Assembly (NCBI GenBank): GCA_032718475.1 | Contig: JAUCBJ010001695.1 | Coordinates: forward strand, 1 to 64,000 | Reading direction: 5' to 3' | Source: Nemertoderma westbladi | Lineage: Eukaryota > Animalia > Xenacoelomorpha | Length of the DNA stretch: 64,000 nucleotides | Shown here: positions 1 through 11,590 of the stretch, piece after piece | How the letters are laid out: each line of letters starts with the position of its first letter | How positions within the stretch are numbered: the stretch's first letter is position 1 | Notes under the pieces: generated by a model | Told to the model about the DNA's origin: nothing | Databases searched by the model: none | What the model saw: only the letters and a program-made list of their open reading frames with translations | Translations under genes and position numbers: made by a program

Positions 1-2
1 TC

Positions 3-476
3 ATAAAGCGGCATGATGAGGTCTGTGAGGTCTTTGGGGACCTCATCGCTTCTGCCTTTGGTAGTTCATGTGTACAGCGTGAAGTCATGCTGTGCACCGG
101 CTACCTGGACAGAAGGGGCCGCGAGGTGGGGGGAGTTAGGGCTGATCTCTTGGTGAGGGGAGTCTGGACTGAGCAGAGGGTGGCGTCGTTCGATATCACG
201 ATTGTAAACGCTGATGCCCCCTCATATGCTCACCGGTCCTTAGACTCTGTCCTCGAGCAGAGAGTCCGAGCCAAGAAGGTGCACTACAGCGCGGTGTGCA
301 AAGACAGAAGGTTTTCCTTCACTCCCCTTGTCGGAACCACCGACGGGGTGTGGTGCAAGGAGACTGATATCTTCATCAGCCACCTCGCTGAGACCCTTGT
401 GGCTCGGCGGCAGGGGATGCGAGAACGTGGCCTAGCCTGCATTCTCTGGGGAGTTCGGAGCGGCTTTAGTTCGTGA
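3..476 (+). pseudogene. Restriction-like endonuclease (PD-D/ExK) C-terminal domain of the retrotransposon ORF
   Basis: ORF 87..476 extends in frame upstream to position 3. The C-terminus looks shorter than typical CRE ORFs, suggesting an internal deletion near 410-425. Confidence 0.7.
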
Positions 477-487
477 GTTCAGTCGAC

Positions 488-556
488 TTTGATGTCTATA
501 TTATTATTGTTTGATGTCTATATTATTATTGTTTGACGTCTATATTATTATTGTTT
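488..556 (+). repeat. 3 x 22-bp tandem repeat TTTGATGTCTATATTATTATTG, likely the 3' tail of the CRE-like element
   Basis: Three near-identical copies lie directly after the ORF stop. Confidence 0.85.
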
Positions 557-1184
557 TTGACAGTTTAGATTGTGAAGCGAGAAAATCCTCAGATATTATT
601 TCCAATAGTTTTACTAAAGTACTTATTATTTAGGTTATATAATTAACTACCGGTATATAATTATATACTGGATATATATATATAGACTCTTTCTGGGCGA
701 AAAACCCTTGGGTGTCCTGTCCACCAAATCACTCAAAAACATTTACTGACACTATATTAAGGTGAGAATCCACGAGTGACGCAATATCAGAATATGGGAG
801 GTGCAGTGCAGAGACCAGCATAATCTGTATATAATATAATCTGTAACTCACCTTTACTGTCATCACCACTAGGTCTATCTGATATAGGGTCCCTGCTGGA
901 GAATGAGACATCCGAGTCCGACAACTGTCTATACATAACTCACAAGATATATGGTTAATATTACTAACAGAGCATAACAATGAGTTATACCAATGATAGG
1001 CTATATATATACAGATAATGCAACTATGAACTGTAATTAGTTGCATTAGTTGCATTTATTTAGGTATACCGGTATGGGATATACTACTTATCCACAGCGG
1101 TATTGTCTCCGGACCAGGACTCATTTTTCAGCTGACATATACATACAGTAATGTATAAAATCCGAGCGAGTGATAAATATTGGA

Positions 1185-2170
1185 AATTTGAAGTCACAAC
1201 TAAGTTTTAAGTCCTACATAATGGAGTTTTGAAGTCCGAAATAACAAATAACAATAAGTTCAATAAGTTTGAAGTTCCAAATACTGGTAACTGAATTTAA
1301 GTCCCAAATAACAGAGTTTGAAGTCCCAAATAACTGAGTTTCAAGTCTCAAATAACAAATAAAGGAATTCGAAGTAACAAATAACTGAGTTTGAAGTCCC
1401 AAAACAAATAACGGAAATCGAAGTCCAAAATAACGGTGGTGGATGTCCCAAATAATGGAGTTCGACTTGGAAGTTCCAAATAACAGAGTTCGACGTACTA
1501 AATAATGGAAGATTGGAAGTTCCAAATAACGGATTGAAGTTCTAAATAATGGAGTTTGATGTACCGGTACTAAATAATGGAAGTTTGGAAGTCCCAAATA
1601 ACGGAGTTTGATGTACCAAATTATGGAAGTTTGGAAGTCTCCTCTCAAATAATTGAGTTTGATGTACTAAATAATGGAGGTTTGGAAGTCTCAAATAACT
1701 GAGTTCGATGTACTAAATAATGGAAGTTTGGAAGTCTCAAATAACGGAGTTTGATGTACCGGTACTAAATAATGGAAGTTTGGAAGTCCCGAATAACGGA
1801 ATTTAAAGTTCTAAATAACGGAGTTTAATGTACTAAATAATGGAAGAATGGAAGTCCCAAATAACGGAGTAGGCGTATGAAGTTCTAAATACAGAGCTTG
1901 ATGTACTAAATAATGTAAGTTTGGAAGTTCCAAATAACGGAGTTTGATGTACTAAGTAATGGAAGTCGCAAATAATGGAGTTCAATGTACTAAATTATGG
2001 AAGTTTGGAAGACCCAAATAACGGAGTTTGAAGTTCTAAACAACGGAGTTTTATGTACTAAAGACTTGAAGTTTGTAAGTCCCAAATAACGGAGTTCGAT
2101 GTACTAAATAATGAAAGTTTGAAGTCCCAAATAACGGAGTTCGATGTACTAAATAAGGGAAGTTTAGAAA
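1185..2170. repeat. Satellite A, diverged left part (22/24-bp subunits)
   Basis: Degenerate copies of AAATAACGGAGTTTGATGTACT and AAATAATGGAAGTTTGGAAGTCCC; divergence increases towards the left edge. Confidence 0.92.
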
Positions 2171-3511
2171 AGTTTAGAGAAGTTAACTACAGACCTGTTT
2201 CTAACCTTGAATATGTTTCAAAAATATGTGAAAAAGAAGTAGCTTTTCAGTTACAGTTACATATGGCGAAAAATCGTGTTCTTTCAAAGTTCTTATCAGG
2301 GTATCGAAAACATTTTTCAACTGAAACTATGCTGACACGTATTCATAATGATATCATGGGTGCATTGGATAACAAAAAGCTAGTTGCCTTATTACTATTG
2401 GATCAATCGGCAGCATTCGATACAGTAGATTATAATCAACTCATTACTTGCCTCATGGATATAGGAATTAAAGGGACGAGTACTAGATTGGCTAAAGAGT
2501 TATCTTAGTGAGAGATCTTTTTGGGTAATGATCAAAGGAGTTCGATCTTGTGTGGTGAAACTTGATTCTGGCGTCCCGCAAGGCTCGATTTTGGGACCGT
2601 TATTGTACTTAATATATACTCTGCCGCTTGCTCAACTTTGCATGGATATGAACTTAAACTTTCAGATTTATGCTGATGATACACAGCTGTACTTCATCTT
2701 TGCTCTTAAAGATCTAGATATTATCAATAATGAGATAGTGAATGTGATAAATATACTAGATAATTGGATGGTGTCTGTGAACCTTATGTTAAATAGTGAC
2801 AAAACCGAGCTTATGATAATTCGTAATCGCTTTGCAATTGCTGATATTGAACCTGTAACTCTTATTTTTGGTGAGAAAAATGTGACTTCAGTATCTCATT
2901 TCAAATCTTTAGGATTCATACTTGATGACAAAATGAACATGGAAAGACACATTTCGTCTATTGTAAAGGTATCCAATGATCATTTAAGGAATATATCAAG
3001 GATAAGAAGATATTTAAGTAGGGAGCAAACTGTGAAGCTGATGACGTCATTAATACTATTGAGAATGGACTACTGTAACTCTTTATTAGTTGGTATTCCG
3101 GATTATCTACAACAAAGATTTCAAAGGGTGATTAATCATTGCGCACGTGTTGTAAATTGTGTTAATAGGCGTTCTCATGTGACACCTCTACTCAAAGACC
3201 TTCATTGGTTGCCAACATCTTTCAGAATCAGGTATAAGATTGCATTAATAACTTGGAAGTGTTTAAATGGAGTTGCTCCTGATTACTTGGCTGAATTAAT
3301 TCAAATTAACTCCAAAGTGACACGATCACAGTATAACTCAACTTTGGTAGTACCATCAACCAACTATAAAACATTTGGCGATAGATCTTTTTCGGCGGCT
3401 GCACCGAGAATCTTTAATGACCTACCATTGGAAATCAGGATAACGAGCAGTCTAGCTTCTTTCAAAACTATGCTTAAGTCACATTATTTTCTTAAGGCTT
3501 TTCCGAACTAA
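2171..3511 (+). pseudogene. L2 ORF2 reverse transcriptase fragment with one frameshift near 2476
   Basis: ORFs 2119..2508 and 2528..3511 join through a +1 shift: ...GIKG / VLDWLKSYLSERSFWVMIKG.... The first ~17 codons of ORF 2119 are satellite sequence. Confidence 0.9.
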
Positions 3512-3597
3512 TATTATGTAATGTACGTGTAAATGCGCATTAGACCTATTTATTAATAGATAGTGCTATATAAATTTGGTGTTATTATTATTATTAT
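2171..3597 (+). mobile_element. 5'-truncated L2-clade LINE inserted in satellite A
   Basis: RT motifs NYRPVSNL, LLLLDQSAAFDTVD, GVPQGSILGPLLY, YADDTQLY, LNSDKTE and the L2-type C-terminus LKDLHWLP...FGDRSFSAAAPRIFNDLP. The 3' UTR has GCGCATTAGA...GTGCTATATAAAT and a (TTA)6 tail at 3582-3599. A 24-bp TSD TACTAAATAAGGGA(A/G)GTTTAGAAA lies at 2147-2170 and 3598-3621. Confidence 0.95.
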
Positions 3598-6500
3598 TAC
3601 TAAATAAGGGAGGTTTAGAAATCCCAAATAACGGAGTTTGAAGTTCTAAATAACTGAGTTTGATGTACTAAATGTTGTAAGTTTGGAAGGCCCAAATAAC
3701 GGAGTTTGAAGTTCTAAATAACTGAGTTTGATGCACTAAATAATGGAAGCTTGGAAGTCCCAAATAACGGAGTTTGAAGATCTAAATAACGGAGTTTCAT
3801 GTGCTAAATAATGGAAGTTTGGAAGTAAATAACGGAGTTTGATGTACTAAATAATGGAAGTTTGGAAGTCCCAAATAACGGAGTTCGATGTACTAAATAA
3901 TGGAAGTTTGGAAGTCCTAAATAACTGAGTTTGATGTACTAAATAATGAAAGTTTGGAAATCCCAAATAACGGAGTTTGATGTCCCAAATAACGGAGTTC
4001 GACGTACTAAATAATTGAAGTTTGGAAGTCCCAAATAACGGAGTTTGAAGTTCTAAATAACGGAGTTCGATGTACTAAATAATGGAAGTTTGGAAGTCGC
4101 AAATAAGGGAGTTTGATGTACTAAATAACGGAGTTTGATGTACTAAATAATGGAGGTTTGGAAGTCCCAAATAACGGAGTTTGAAGTTCTAAATAACGGA
4201 GTTTGATGTACTAAATAATGGAAGTTTGGAAGTCCCAAATAACGGAGTTTGAAGTTCTAAATAACGGAAGTTTAGAAGTCCCAAATAACGGAGTTTGATG
4301 TTCCAAATAAGTTTGGAAGTCCCAAATAACGGAGTTTTAAGTTCTAAATAACGGAGTTTGATGTACTAAATAATGGAAGTTTGGTAGTCCCAAATAACGG
4401 AGTTTGAAGTTCTAAATAACGGAGTTCGATGTACTAAATAATGGAAGTTTGGAAGGCCCAAATAATAACAGAGTTTGATGTCCCAAATAGCGGTGTTTGA
4501 CGTACTAAATAATGAAAGTTTGGAATTCCAAAATAACAGAGTTTGATGTACTAAATAATGGAAGTTTGAAAGTCCCAAATAACGGAGTTTGAAGTTCTAA
4601 ATAACGGAGTTTGATGTACACAAATAATGGAAGTTTGGAAGTCCCAAATAACGGAGTTTGAAGTTCTAAATAACGGAGTTTGATGTACTAAATAATGGAA
4701 GTTTGGAAGTCCCAAATAACGGAGTTTGATGTCCCAAATAACGGAGTTTGAAGTTCTAAATAACGGAAGTTTGAAAGTCCTAAATAACGGAGTTCGAAGT
4801 TCTAAATAACGGAGTTTGATGTAATAAATAATGGAAGTTTGGAGGTCCCAAATAACGGAGTTTGAGCTCTAAATAACGGAGTTTGGTGTACTAAATAATG
4901 GAAGTTTGGAAGTCCCAAATAACGGAGTTTGATGTTCTAAATAATGGAAGTTTGTAAGTCACAAATACAGAAATAAAGGAGTTCGATGTACTAAATAATG
5001 GAAGTTTGGAAGTCCCAAATAAAGGAGTTCGATGTACTAAATAATGGAAGTTTGGAAGTCCCAAATAAAGGAGTTCGATGTACTAAATAATGGAAGTTTG
5101 GAAGTCCCAAATAACGGTGTTGGAAGTCCCAAATAACGGAGTTTGATGTCCCAAATAACGGTGTTTGACGTACTAAATAATGGAAGTTTGGAAGTCCCAA
5201 ATAACGGTGTTTGATGTACTAAATAATGGAAGTTTGGAAGTCCTAAATAACGGAGTTTGAAGTTATAAATAACGGAGTTTGATGTACTAAATAATGGAAA
5301 TTTGGAAGGCCCAAATAACGGAATTTGATGTCCCAAATAACGGTGTTTGACGTACTAAATAATGGAAGTTTGGAAGTCCCAAATAACGGAGTTTGTTGTT
5401 CCAAATAACGGTGTTGGAAGTCCCAAATAACGGAAATTGATGTCCCAAATAAAGGTGTTTGATTTACTAAATAATGGAAGTTTGGAAGTCCTAAATAACG
5501 GAGTTTGAAGTTATAAATAACGGAGTTTGATGTACTAAATAATGGTAGTTTGGAAGTCCCAAATAACGGAGTTTGATGTCCCAAATAACGGAGTTTGATG
5601 TACTAATACTAAATAATGGAAGTTTGGAAGTCCTAAATAACGGAGTTTGAAGTTATAAATAACGGAGTTTGATGTACACAAATAATGGAAGTTTGGAAGT
5701 CCCAAATAACGGAGTTTGAAGTTCTAAATAACGGAGTTTGATGTACTAAATAATGGAAGTTTGGAAGTCCCAAATAACGGAGTTTGATGTCCCAAATAAC
5801 GGAGTTTGAAGTTCTAAATAACGGAAGTTTGAAAGTCCTAAATAACGGAGTTCGAAGTTCTAAATAACGGAGTTTGATGTAATAAATAATGGAAGTTTGG
5901 AGGTCCCAAATAACGGAGTTTGAGCTCTAAATAACGGAGTTTGGTGTACTAAATAATGGAAGTTTGGAAGTCCCAAATAACGGAGTTTGATGTTCTAAAT
6001 AATGGAAGTTTGTAAGTCACAAATACAGAAATAAAGGAGTTCGATGTACTAAATAATGGAAGTTTGGAAGTCCCAAATAAAGGAGTTCGATGTACTAAAT
6101 AATGGAAGTTTGGAAGTCCCAAATAAAGGAGTTCGATGTACTAAATAATGGAAGTTTGGAAGTCCCAAATAAAGGAGTTCGATGTACTAAATAATGGAAG
6201 TTTGGAAGTCCCAAATAAAGGAGTTCGATGTACTAAATAATGGAAGTTTGGAAGTCCCAAATAAAGGAGTTCGATGTACTAAATAACGGAAGTTTGAAGT
6301 CCCAAATAACGGAATTTTATGTACTAAATAATGGAAGTTTGGAAGTCCCAAATAACGGAGTTTGATGTTCTAAATAATGGAAGTTTGGAAGTCCCAAATA
6401 ACGGAGTTTGAAGTTCTAAATAACGGAGTTTGATGTACACAAATAATGGAAGTTTGGAAGTCCCAAATAACGGAGTTTGAAGTTCTAAATAACGGAGTTT

Positions 6501-7451
6501 GATGTACTAAATAATGGAAGTTTGGAAGTCCCAAATAACGGAGTTTGATGTCCCAAATAACGGTGTTTGACGTACTAAATAATGGAAGTTTGGAAGTCCC
6601 AAATAACGGTGTTTGATGTACTAAATAATGGAAGTTTGGAAGTCCTAAATAACGGAGTTTGAAGTTATAAATAACGGAGTTTGATGTACTAAATAATGGA
6701 AATTTGGAAGGCCCAAATAACGGAATTTGATGTCCCAAATAACGGTGTTTGACGTACTAAATAATGGAAGTTTGGAAGTCCCAAATAACGGAGTTTGTTG
6801 TTCCAAATAACGGTGTTGGAAGTCCCAAATAACGGAAATTGATGTCCCAAATAAAGGTGTTTGATTTACTAAATAATGGAAGTTTGGAAGTCCTAAATAA
6901 CGGAGTTTGAAGTTATAAATAACGGAGTTTGATGTACTAAATAATGGTAGTTTGGAAGTCCCAAATAACGGAGTTTGATGTCCCAAATAACGGAGTTTGA
7001 TGTACTAATACTAAATAATGGAAGTTTGGAAGTCCTAAATAACGGAGTTTGAAGTTATAAATAACGGAGTTTGATGTACTAAATAATGGAAGTTTGGAAG
7101 TCCCAAATGGAGTTCGATGTACTAAGTAATGGAAGTTTGGATTTGGATGTTCCAAATAACGGAGTTTGAAGTCCCAAATAACGGTGTTTGATGTACTAAA
7201 TAATGGAAGTTTGGATTTTGAAGTCCCAAATAACGGAGTTTGATGTACTAAATAACGGAGTTCGATGTACTAAATAATGGAAGTTTGGAAGTCCCAAATA
7301 ACGGAGTTTGAAGTCCCAAATAACGAAGTTCGATGTACTAAATAATGGAAGACCCAAATAACGGAGTTTGTTGTTCCAAATAACGGTGTTGGAAGTCCAA
7401 AATAACGGAATTTGATGTCCCAAATAACGGTGTTTGATGTCCCAAATAACG
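3598..7451. repeat. Satellite A, main array (mixed 22- and 24-bp related subunits, commonly 46- and 68-bp periods)
   Basis: Continuous tandem of AAATAACGGAGTTTGATGTACT, AAATAATGGAAGTTTGGAAGTCCC, AAATAACGGAGTTTGAAGTTCT and AAATAACGGAGTTTGATGTCCC, with internal block duplications at offsets 1058 and 1402. Confidence 0.97.
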
Positions 7452-7479
7452 AAAAAAAAGCGACTTTAATAAGAAAACA

Positions 7480-8400
7480 AAGCTACGGTAATAAAATCTA
7501 GGTACTGATATACGTCATACGTGGTAGAAAAGTTATGTATTATAAGGCATAAGGCGTAGTCAATACCTGAATACTGCAATACGGGTGGGCGGTATCGGAT
7601 CGGTATGCCTATTGCCTATATAAAAACAGACAATGGTTAATGCTAATGGTTAGGTTACGGCTACAGAAAATCTCGGTAGGGCGGTGCGGAGCCGGAGGCC
7701 TACAACAGTATGCCCTATGACAGTGAAATGACAGAATTATGCACATCATGACATCACCACATGCAGGTAGGCCTATGCAAAGTAGGCCTTGGCCTACAAA
7801 AGAAAAATAACACACACCACAGTACCGGTAGGCCTACCACACTGCACTGCCACATGCATGCACATGCCACAACTACACAAACAGCTGAACAAACAAAGGC
7901 AGAAAGGCACAAAACAGTAAAATAATACCGGTACTTAACAATTACAAGTCACAATCACAACACACTCAACAAAAAGATCACCCTACCGGTTACCGCTACG
8001 CCTAGCACCTAGCAGCCTAGGCCTACCGGTACACAGACATAGCTGCTGTCGCTGTTACAGTGTTAAGGATGCATCCTGAATCCCGATCGAACTGTCGAAC
8101 GGCCTACTGTCTGACTGTAGCTTGGTACTGTGGTAGGTTGTCTAACTGTCAAACTAGTCCTACTGTACTGCGTAGCATACATGTACATTGGTTTGGTACG
8201 GTACCGGTAACAGTACATGCAGTAGGCCTACCAGTCAACCAGTACCGGTATATCTGTATATAAATTCTTTAAACTACTTTAAATTACTAACTGCAAACTG
8301 CATAAAGACAAACAGAAGACACTGAAATAAACCTGATACATCAATTACTCACTGTCCTGTAAAATGACGTGACTGTGAGTCAGTACAGCAGTACCGGTAT
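7480..8400. other. Non-coding segment densely studded with TA-flanked short motifs (TACCGGTA, TAGGCCTA, TACATGTA, TACGGTA, TACTGTA)
   Basis: TACCGGTA at 7823, 7926, 8024, 8202, 8243 and 8392; TAGGCCTA at 7768, 7829, 8018 and 8223; TACATGTA at 8178. Several overlap through a shared TA. Confidence 0.8.
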
Positions 8401-9983
8401 ATGAAAAGGACACAGTATTGCAGTTACTGATTACATGATGATTGTGGTTAAAATTTCCCATTTTGAAAATACAAACTAATGTACTACTTCTTGTAGCATT
8501 CAATTCCAATACAATTGCATTTGGCGCTCAAATTTTGAAAGGCTACCGAACACTATTTTGGCGGCGAGGCCTACAACAAAGTACATCATTATAGTAAACA
8601 AACAAAGCCATCTATCAGACCATAATTGTTTAAATTTAGCGTCCAGTATTATTCGAGTTTGTTATTTTAATTTACGCCATTATTCTGAATTCAAATTAAT
8701 TTCGAAAATATTAGATTAACATATACACGAATAAAATACTTATCTGTGTACTAATAACATGATATATTAAATAAAAATAGATTTGAATAATACTTATAAT
8801 ATTACACACCATTTTAAGGAAAACTTATCTAAATAAATATTCTTTAAAAATGTATTGTCATTAAACACTCAAAATTAATTCAGACGCGAAATAAAGTTTC
8901 GACATGTCAGCAAATCAGCTAGGCTTGGCAGCTAGGTGATACGCCATGAGTCATGCTTACTATAGGCCAGCTCAACTGCTGATATAAATAAAACTGCCTG
9001 GTTTCGTTTGTAGTAGTAAATGGCACTGTAGTGTGTAGATAGAGTTGTTGCTTGCAGGCAGTTAGTTGTAAGTTACAGCGAACCTTGGCAAACTGCTGCA
9101 TTAGGGAAGGGGGGTACTGCAAAGACGACCCACTGCGGTGGGAACGAGAATTGTAGGAAATTTGTTAGTTCCGAGAGAATAAATATTAGTAAAGCCGTAA
9201 GTATAATTTATTGGAATGCATTTAACTATCGTAGTAACGTTATACTGAATGTGTAGGCATATAGCAATGTATGTAAACAGTATAGTATTTAAGAATTAAA
9301 GCTTATTGATATTAAACTAAATCCGATTTTATCATCCTAATATATTAATGAATATATTATTTGATTCAAGAGGCGTGTAATTTCCAAAACAATTGGAGAA
9401 TCAAATATTAATTAATGAATTGAAATTGAATAGATTAAATTAATACATTAATAATGTTGCTTTTTTCTTTATTGCGGGGAGTTGAATGAACTAAGGAGGG
9501 GGTTGTGGTGGGTGACTTTCGTTCGACGCAATCAAAATGCATTGCTCGCCAGGTAAAATCGACGCAAATAATACACGTATAGCTCAAAAATATAACTAAT
9601 TATAGTTAAATTATCATTAATGGAAAGGAGCAGATTGCAGTGGCGCTCTATTCCAACCAAAACAAGGTTACAGTTTTATTTTTGGGAGTTAATATTATTA
9701 ATAGGAAATAATATCAATACCATCATATGTTGCCACTAAAGTGATCAATATATTATTAGCGATCAACACCCAGTTACTGATCGAGCAAATCTATTCAATA
9801 ACACGTTCAAGGCGGCCTTCACTGCTGACAAAGCTATTACCCCACCGACACCTTATTTCATCCCAAATAAGCGGCTGTCTTCAATAAACTTTAGTACTAC
9901 CGGTACTGTTACAAGATACTATCCAAATTGGACACCAATAAATCTACAGGTCCGGACCGACTGCCAGTGGTTCTACCGCGCAA

Positions 9984-10127
9984 TGTTAGTGTATGGTTGG
10001 GCGAACCTCTACAGCTACACTGTTAGTGTATGGTTGGCCGAACCTCTACAGCTACACTGTTAGTGTATGGTTGGCCGAACCTCTACAGCTACACTGTTAG
10101 TGTATGGTTGGCCGAACCTCTACAGCT
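9984..10127. repeat. Satellite B, left stub (~4 x 37 bp)
   Basis: Unit TGTTAGTGTATGGTTGGCCGAACCTCTACAGCTACAC, interrupted by the RTE insertion. Confidence 0.97.
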
Positions 10128-11590
10128 TACTAGGATCGGCATGCTGCATTGCAGCTGCATTTTTACTGTGCCGGCTTATCGACAAAATTGCACCGCCACT
10201 ACTCCCTATCACCCATGACATTTGCTAGATCATCCGCATCTTCAAGGCCAGTGTCCTTTAAGATGCGTCTCAAGAAAGTCATGGGCTGTCCACCATGCTT
10301 ATTCACTCCATGAGGCTGCCAAAGTACAAGATTATGCACTGGTTGGTCCTCACGGCGAAAGTAATATCCTGCAAAACGGAGGCGATTTTGTTCTAGTGTC
10401 AAGCTTGGGGGAACCAATGAGACACCTCCAATGTTATATAGTGTCTGGTTGGAGATGTGTGCATTGTACTTGACACAATGAACCCGGCGTTCTTGTGAAT
10501 GTGCCATCCAGAGACTTGGTGTCCTCAGCAGTTAGAGCCCAGCATGGACTCCCATAGAGGAGTACTGGAACTACTGCTGCTCTAAATAATCGGACCTTAA
10601 GTTTCCGATTAATTCTCGTTGACTTCCAAATCCTGGAAAGCCTATTCAAGGCTGCCCATGCCTTTCCCTTACGTATTCGAAGGTCCTCACCTGCCTTCCG
10701 GATCCATGATCCCAGGTAACAGAAGTCATCCACATGCTCAAGCATACCATCTTTTGAGCTTATGCTCATCCAATCAGAGACTTGCTGAGGACTTTCAAAG
10801 TTAACTGTCAAAATTTTGGTCTTTCTGGAGTTATTAAAAAGACCAACATTAGAAGCAGCATGTTCTAATGAGCTGATGAGCCGTTGGGCTCCCTCTAGTG
10901 ATTCTGAGAGTACTCCTAAGTCATCAGCAAAGTCTAGATCAGTTAGGTACTTGGCAGGATTTTCTCGACTTCTGGAGCCAGTAGGTGGAGATATCATCAC
11001 CCCATCATCATTATGATGATCTAAGGACATGCGTAGAACATAGTCAACTACAATTATGAACAAGAATGGTGCAAGTGTGTCACCCTGGAGGACGCCCCAT
11101 AACACTTCAAATGGTTCTGTGTCACCTTCAACAGTAGACACAAATGTTGTCGAACCATCGTATACTGATATGATTGCTGCAATAATTTCATCAGGAATCC
11201 CATATAATGAAAGTATGCTGAACATACGTGAGCGAGAGACTGTATCAAAGGCCTTGAAGAAGTCAACAAAGATAACAGCCTGATGCCTGTCTTTCTTTTT
11301 TGATAACTCTTCAATTATCCTTCTAAGTGCCAAAATGGGCTCCATGGTCCCACGACCTTTACGGAACCCATTCTGATTTCCACGGAGCAGTCTCTCAATG
11401 GGATCCCTGATGCGATTTAATAGAATTCGATTGTATAGCTTTGCAGCAATCGAGATCAATGAGATTCCCCGAAAAGAACCGCATAGAGTGTTAGGTTGCC
11501 TTTCTTGGGAACTGGCACCAACTTATTTGTTTTCATTTCTTGTGGGACTCTTGTTGTTCGGTACATGTCTACTATGATGGGATAGATGAG
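10128..11590 (-). mobile_element. 5'-truncated RTE-clade LINE inserted in satellite B
   Basis: Minus-strand RT motifs: IAAKLYNRILLNRI, NQNGFRKGR, FVDFFKAFDTV, GVLQGDTLAPFLF, LDFADDL, DFCYLGSWI, and the RTE-type C-terminus RLRFAGYYFRREDQPVHNLVLWQP...KDTGL. The 3' UTR is very short. An 11-bp TSD CCTCTACAGCT lies at 10117-10127 and 11591-11601. Confidence 0.95.
10180..11590 (-). pseudogene. RTE reverse transcriptase fragment with frameshifts or deletions (near 11490, 10490, 10200)
   Basis: ORFs 10434..11459 and 10199..10507 overlap in different frames. The upstream VPVPKKG and FRGISL motifs are separated by a frameshift. Confidence 0.88.

Larger units (their letters stand above)
1..556 (+). mobile_element. 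3' end of an RLE-type (CRE-like clade) non-LTR retrotransposon, degraded
   Basis: The reading frame from position 3 runs IKRHDEVCEVFGDL...GVRADLLVRGVWTEQRVASFDITIVNADAPSY...KKVHYSAVC...FSFTPLVGTTDGVW. This has the RHD, R(A/P)D..D, K..Y and F.PLV...G motifs of the restriction-like endonuclease of CRE/R2-type elements. A short AT-rich repeated tail follows. The element continues left of the window. Confidence 0.8.

Noticed and set aside
1214-7423. Minus-strand ORFs such as LGLPNFHYLVHQTPLFGTS repeats
   Set aside because: They are translations of satellite A in several overlapping frames, with frequent stops and no gene structure.
7609-9122. Short ORFs 7609..7815, 8060..8263 and 8919..9122
   Set aside because: Each is under 70 aa, has no recognisable domain, and the first two lie in motif-studded non-coding sequence.
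8420-9980. AT-rich segment with a hairpin CCCAC-TGCG-GTGGG (~9129-9142) and G-rich patches, considered as a MITE, Helitron end or ncRNA
   Set aside because: I could not identify paired TIRs, a TSD or an RNA-gene motif by eye; a repeat-library search is needed.
10222-11314. Short plus-strand and alternate-frame ORFs overlapping the RTE
   Set aside because: They are shadow frames of the RT coding sequence.
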